DNA from: an uncultured Flavobacteriaceae bacterium
Lineage (GTDB): Bacteria > Bacteroidota > Bacteroidia > Flavobacteriales > Flavobacteriaceae
Assembly (NCBI GenBank): GCA_964650425.1
Contig: CAZYRG010000007.1
Location: forward strand, 1-37,543
DNA length: 37,543 nucleotides
Direction of reading: 5' to 3'
The translations under genes were made by a program, and so were the position numbers. The notes below the pieces were generated by a model. It searched no databases, was not told where the DNA came from, and saw only the letters and a list, made by a program, of their open reading frames with translations. Within the stretch, counting starts at the first letter, position 1, and each line of letters begins with the position of its first letter. Of this stretch, positions 36,482-37,543 are shown piece by piece.

Positions 36482-37120
36482 CTACTTTCCAAAAAGTCCT
36501 CCAAGAAGACCTCCAATACCACCGCTGCTTTTACCACCGCCAAGTACCATTCCAGCTACGTCGTCTAGGACGCTTCCATCTCCATCTGCATCCAAAAAGG
36601 ATTCTATCAAGGACTGCTGCTTAGATCCAGCACCACCACCTAACATACCGCCTAGCATATTCGAAAGTCCATTAGCATCGGATACATTGTTTTGAGAAGC
36701 TTGTTTTCCTAAGAACCCCATCAAGATTGGCGCAGCCACTTTGAGCATGCTACCAACGTTACCTGCGTCTATTCCTGATTTTTGGCTAAGTGCATTCTGT
36801 ACGCCAGCTTGTTTGTCTCCAAGAATATGACCTAGGATACCAGCACCATCTTGTTGCGCACTTTCGTCCACGCCTCCACCAAAAAATCCACCTAAGTTAT
36901 CTAGGATACCGCCACCGCCATGTTTACCAGATAAAGCACCTAGTAAACCTGCTGCTCCTTCAGGAGTAGAAGCGTTTCGTTGCATCGCTCCCATGAGTAC
37001 TGGCATTGCCATGCTTAATAAACCAGAAGTTTTATCAGCTGGTTGTCCTGTTTGTTGGCTAACGCCGCTTATAAGTTGTTTCCCTATTGGGCTATTCAGT
37101 AAATCTAATATTCCAGACAT
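36482..37120 (-). CDS. DUF937 (YidB-like) domain protein
   Basis: AMPVLMGAMQRNAS, DGAGILGHILG, LKVAAPILMGFLG, LDADGDGSVLDD and a Gly-rich C-terminal GGLLGGLFGK. Confidence 0.88.
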   Translation of the reverse strand: MSGILDLLNSPIGKQLISGVSQQTGQPADKTSGLLSMAMPVLMGAMQRNASTPEGAAGLLGALSGKHGGGGILDNLGGFFGGGVDESAQQDGAGILGHILGDKQAGVQNALSQKSGIDAGNVGSMLKVAAPILMGFLGKQASQNNVSDANGLSNMLGGMLGGGAGSKQQSLIESFLDADGDGSVLDDVAGMVLGGGKSSGGIGGLLGGLFGK

Positions 37121-37352
37121 GTTTTTTTCTTTAAAATTAATGTACCCTAATGTACGTTTTTTTATTGATAAGTGAGAAAGGGTTTTAGGTAATTTTGGTG
37201 CGTGATTTCGTTATACTGTTACTATAATCGATAAAAACAATTGGCTGATAGAAATCAGCATTAGAAAATCTACAACAGCTAGCAAATACTTCAAATCTAG
37301 ATATCGCATCATCTGGCATCTACATCATAAACCAAATCGTTGACTTATAATG

Positions 37353-37444
37353 TAAATCCTGCAACATTTTCAAGTTTAACCAAAGCCCTTCAGCATTACT
37401 CAGGGTAAACTACTATGCAAAAACTTGGAAAATGTTAGGATTTA
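37353..37444. repeat. Long imperfect inverted repeat (MITE/REP-like) with an inner hairpin
   Basis: Left arm TAAATCCTgcAACATTTTCAAGTTT; the right arm's reverse complement is TAAATCCTAACATTTTcCAAGTTT. Inner CCCTTCAGCATTACTCAGGG. Confidence 0.65.
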
Positions 37445-37543
37445 TCGCGTTTTTCAACCTTCATGACGAAGTTTTAATGTATAATCTGGATTAAACCCGC
37501 TTTATGCATTGGAAAATCTATTACATCTGTGATCTATTGCAAA

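Noticed and set aside
187-36624. Many short ORFs antisense or out-of-frame within genes (e.g. 187..378, 2456..2641, 7390..7692, 14746..15096, 27194..27586, 33108..33599, 34963..35151, 35245..35502, 36358..36624)
   Set aside because: They are shadows of well-supported genes and have no recognisable motifs. The two similar ORFs at 34963 and 35245 simply mirror the intragenic duplication.
37252-37350. Open stretch ...NLDIASSGIYIINQIVDL* resembling a T9SS C-terminal sorting domain remnant
   Set aside because: Only about 32 codons, no start codon, and the similarity rests on a few residues.

Overview
AT-rich chromosomal window from a Flavobacteriaceae-type Bacteroidota, judged from gene content, gene order and TAnnTTTG promoter boxes. 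Most of it is core gene order: rpsA 3' end, pyrR-pyrB-hyp-rnz-pdxH-sixA-ppk1-ppx, porin, DUF4442, AIM24, oxyR, the RDD/SpoIIM/DUF4129/DUF4350/MoxR/DUF58 cluster, cyclophilin, Nudix, acyltransferase, LytTR regulator, ybaB, oligopeptidase B, a probable capA-capB(sulA) sulfonolipid pair, and DUF937. The best novelty candidate is an accessory two-gene operon after rpsA. It encodes a fused TPP-dependent E1alpha-E1beta dehydrogenase coupled to an E2-like protein (lipoyl domain + peripheral-subunit-binding domain) whose catalytic core is replaced by a PglD/NeuD-type sugar acyltransferase. This suggests a mini 2-oxoacid/ketose dehydrogenase that feeds acyl groups to a sugar acceptor. Other signals: four intergenic 7-nt-periodic inverted arrays, REP/MITE-like hairpins, an out-of-frame lipoprotein signal peptide before oligopeptidase B, divergent genes only 2 bp apart, and a recent 282-bp domain duplication in a surface lipoprotein. 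No rRNA, tRNA, CRISPR array or transposase was seen. All family calls come from motif recognition only; no searches were run.
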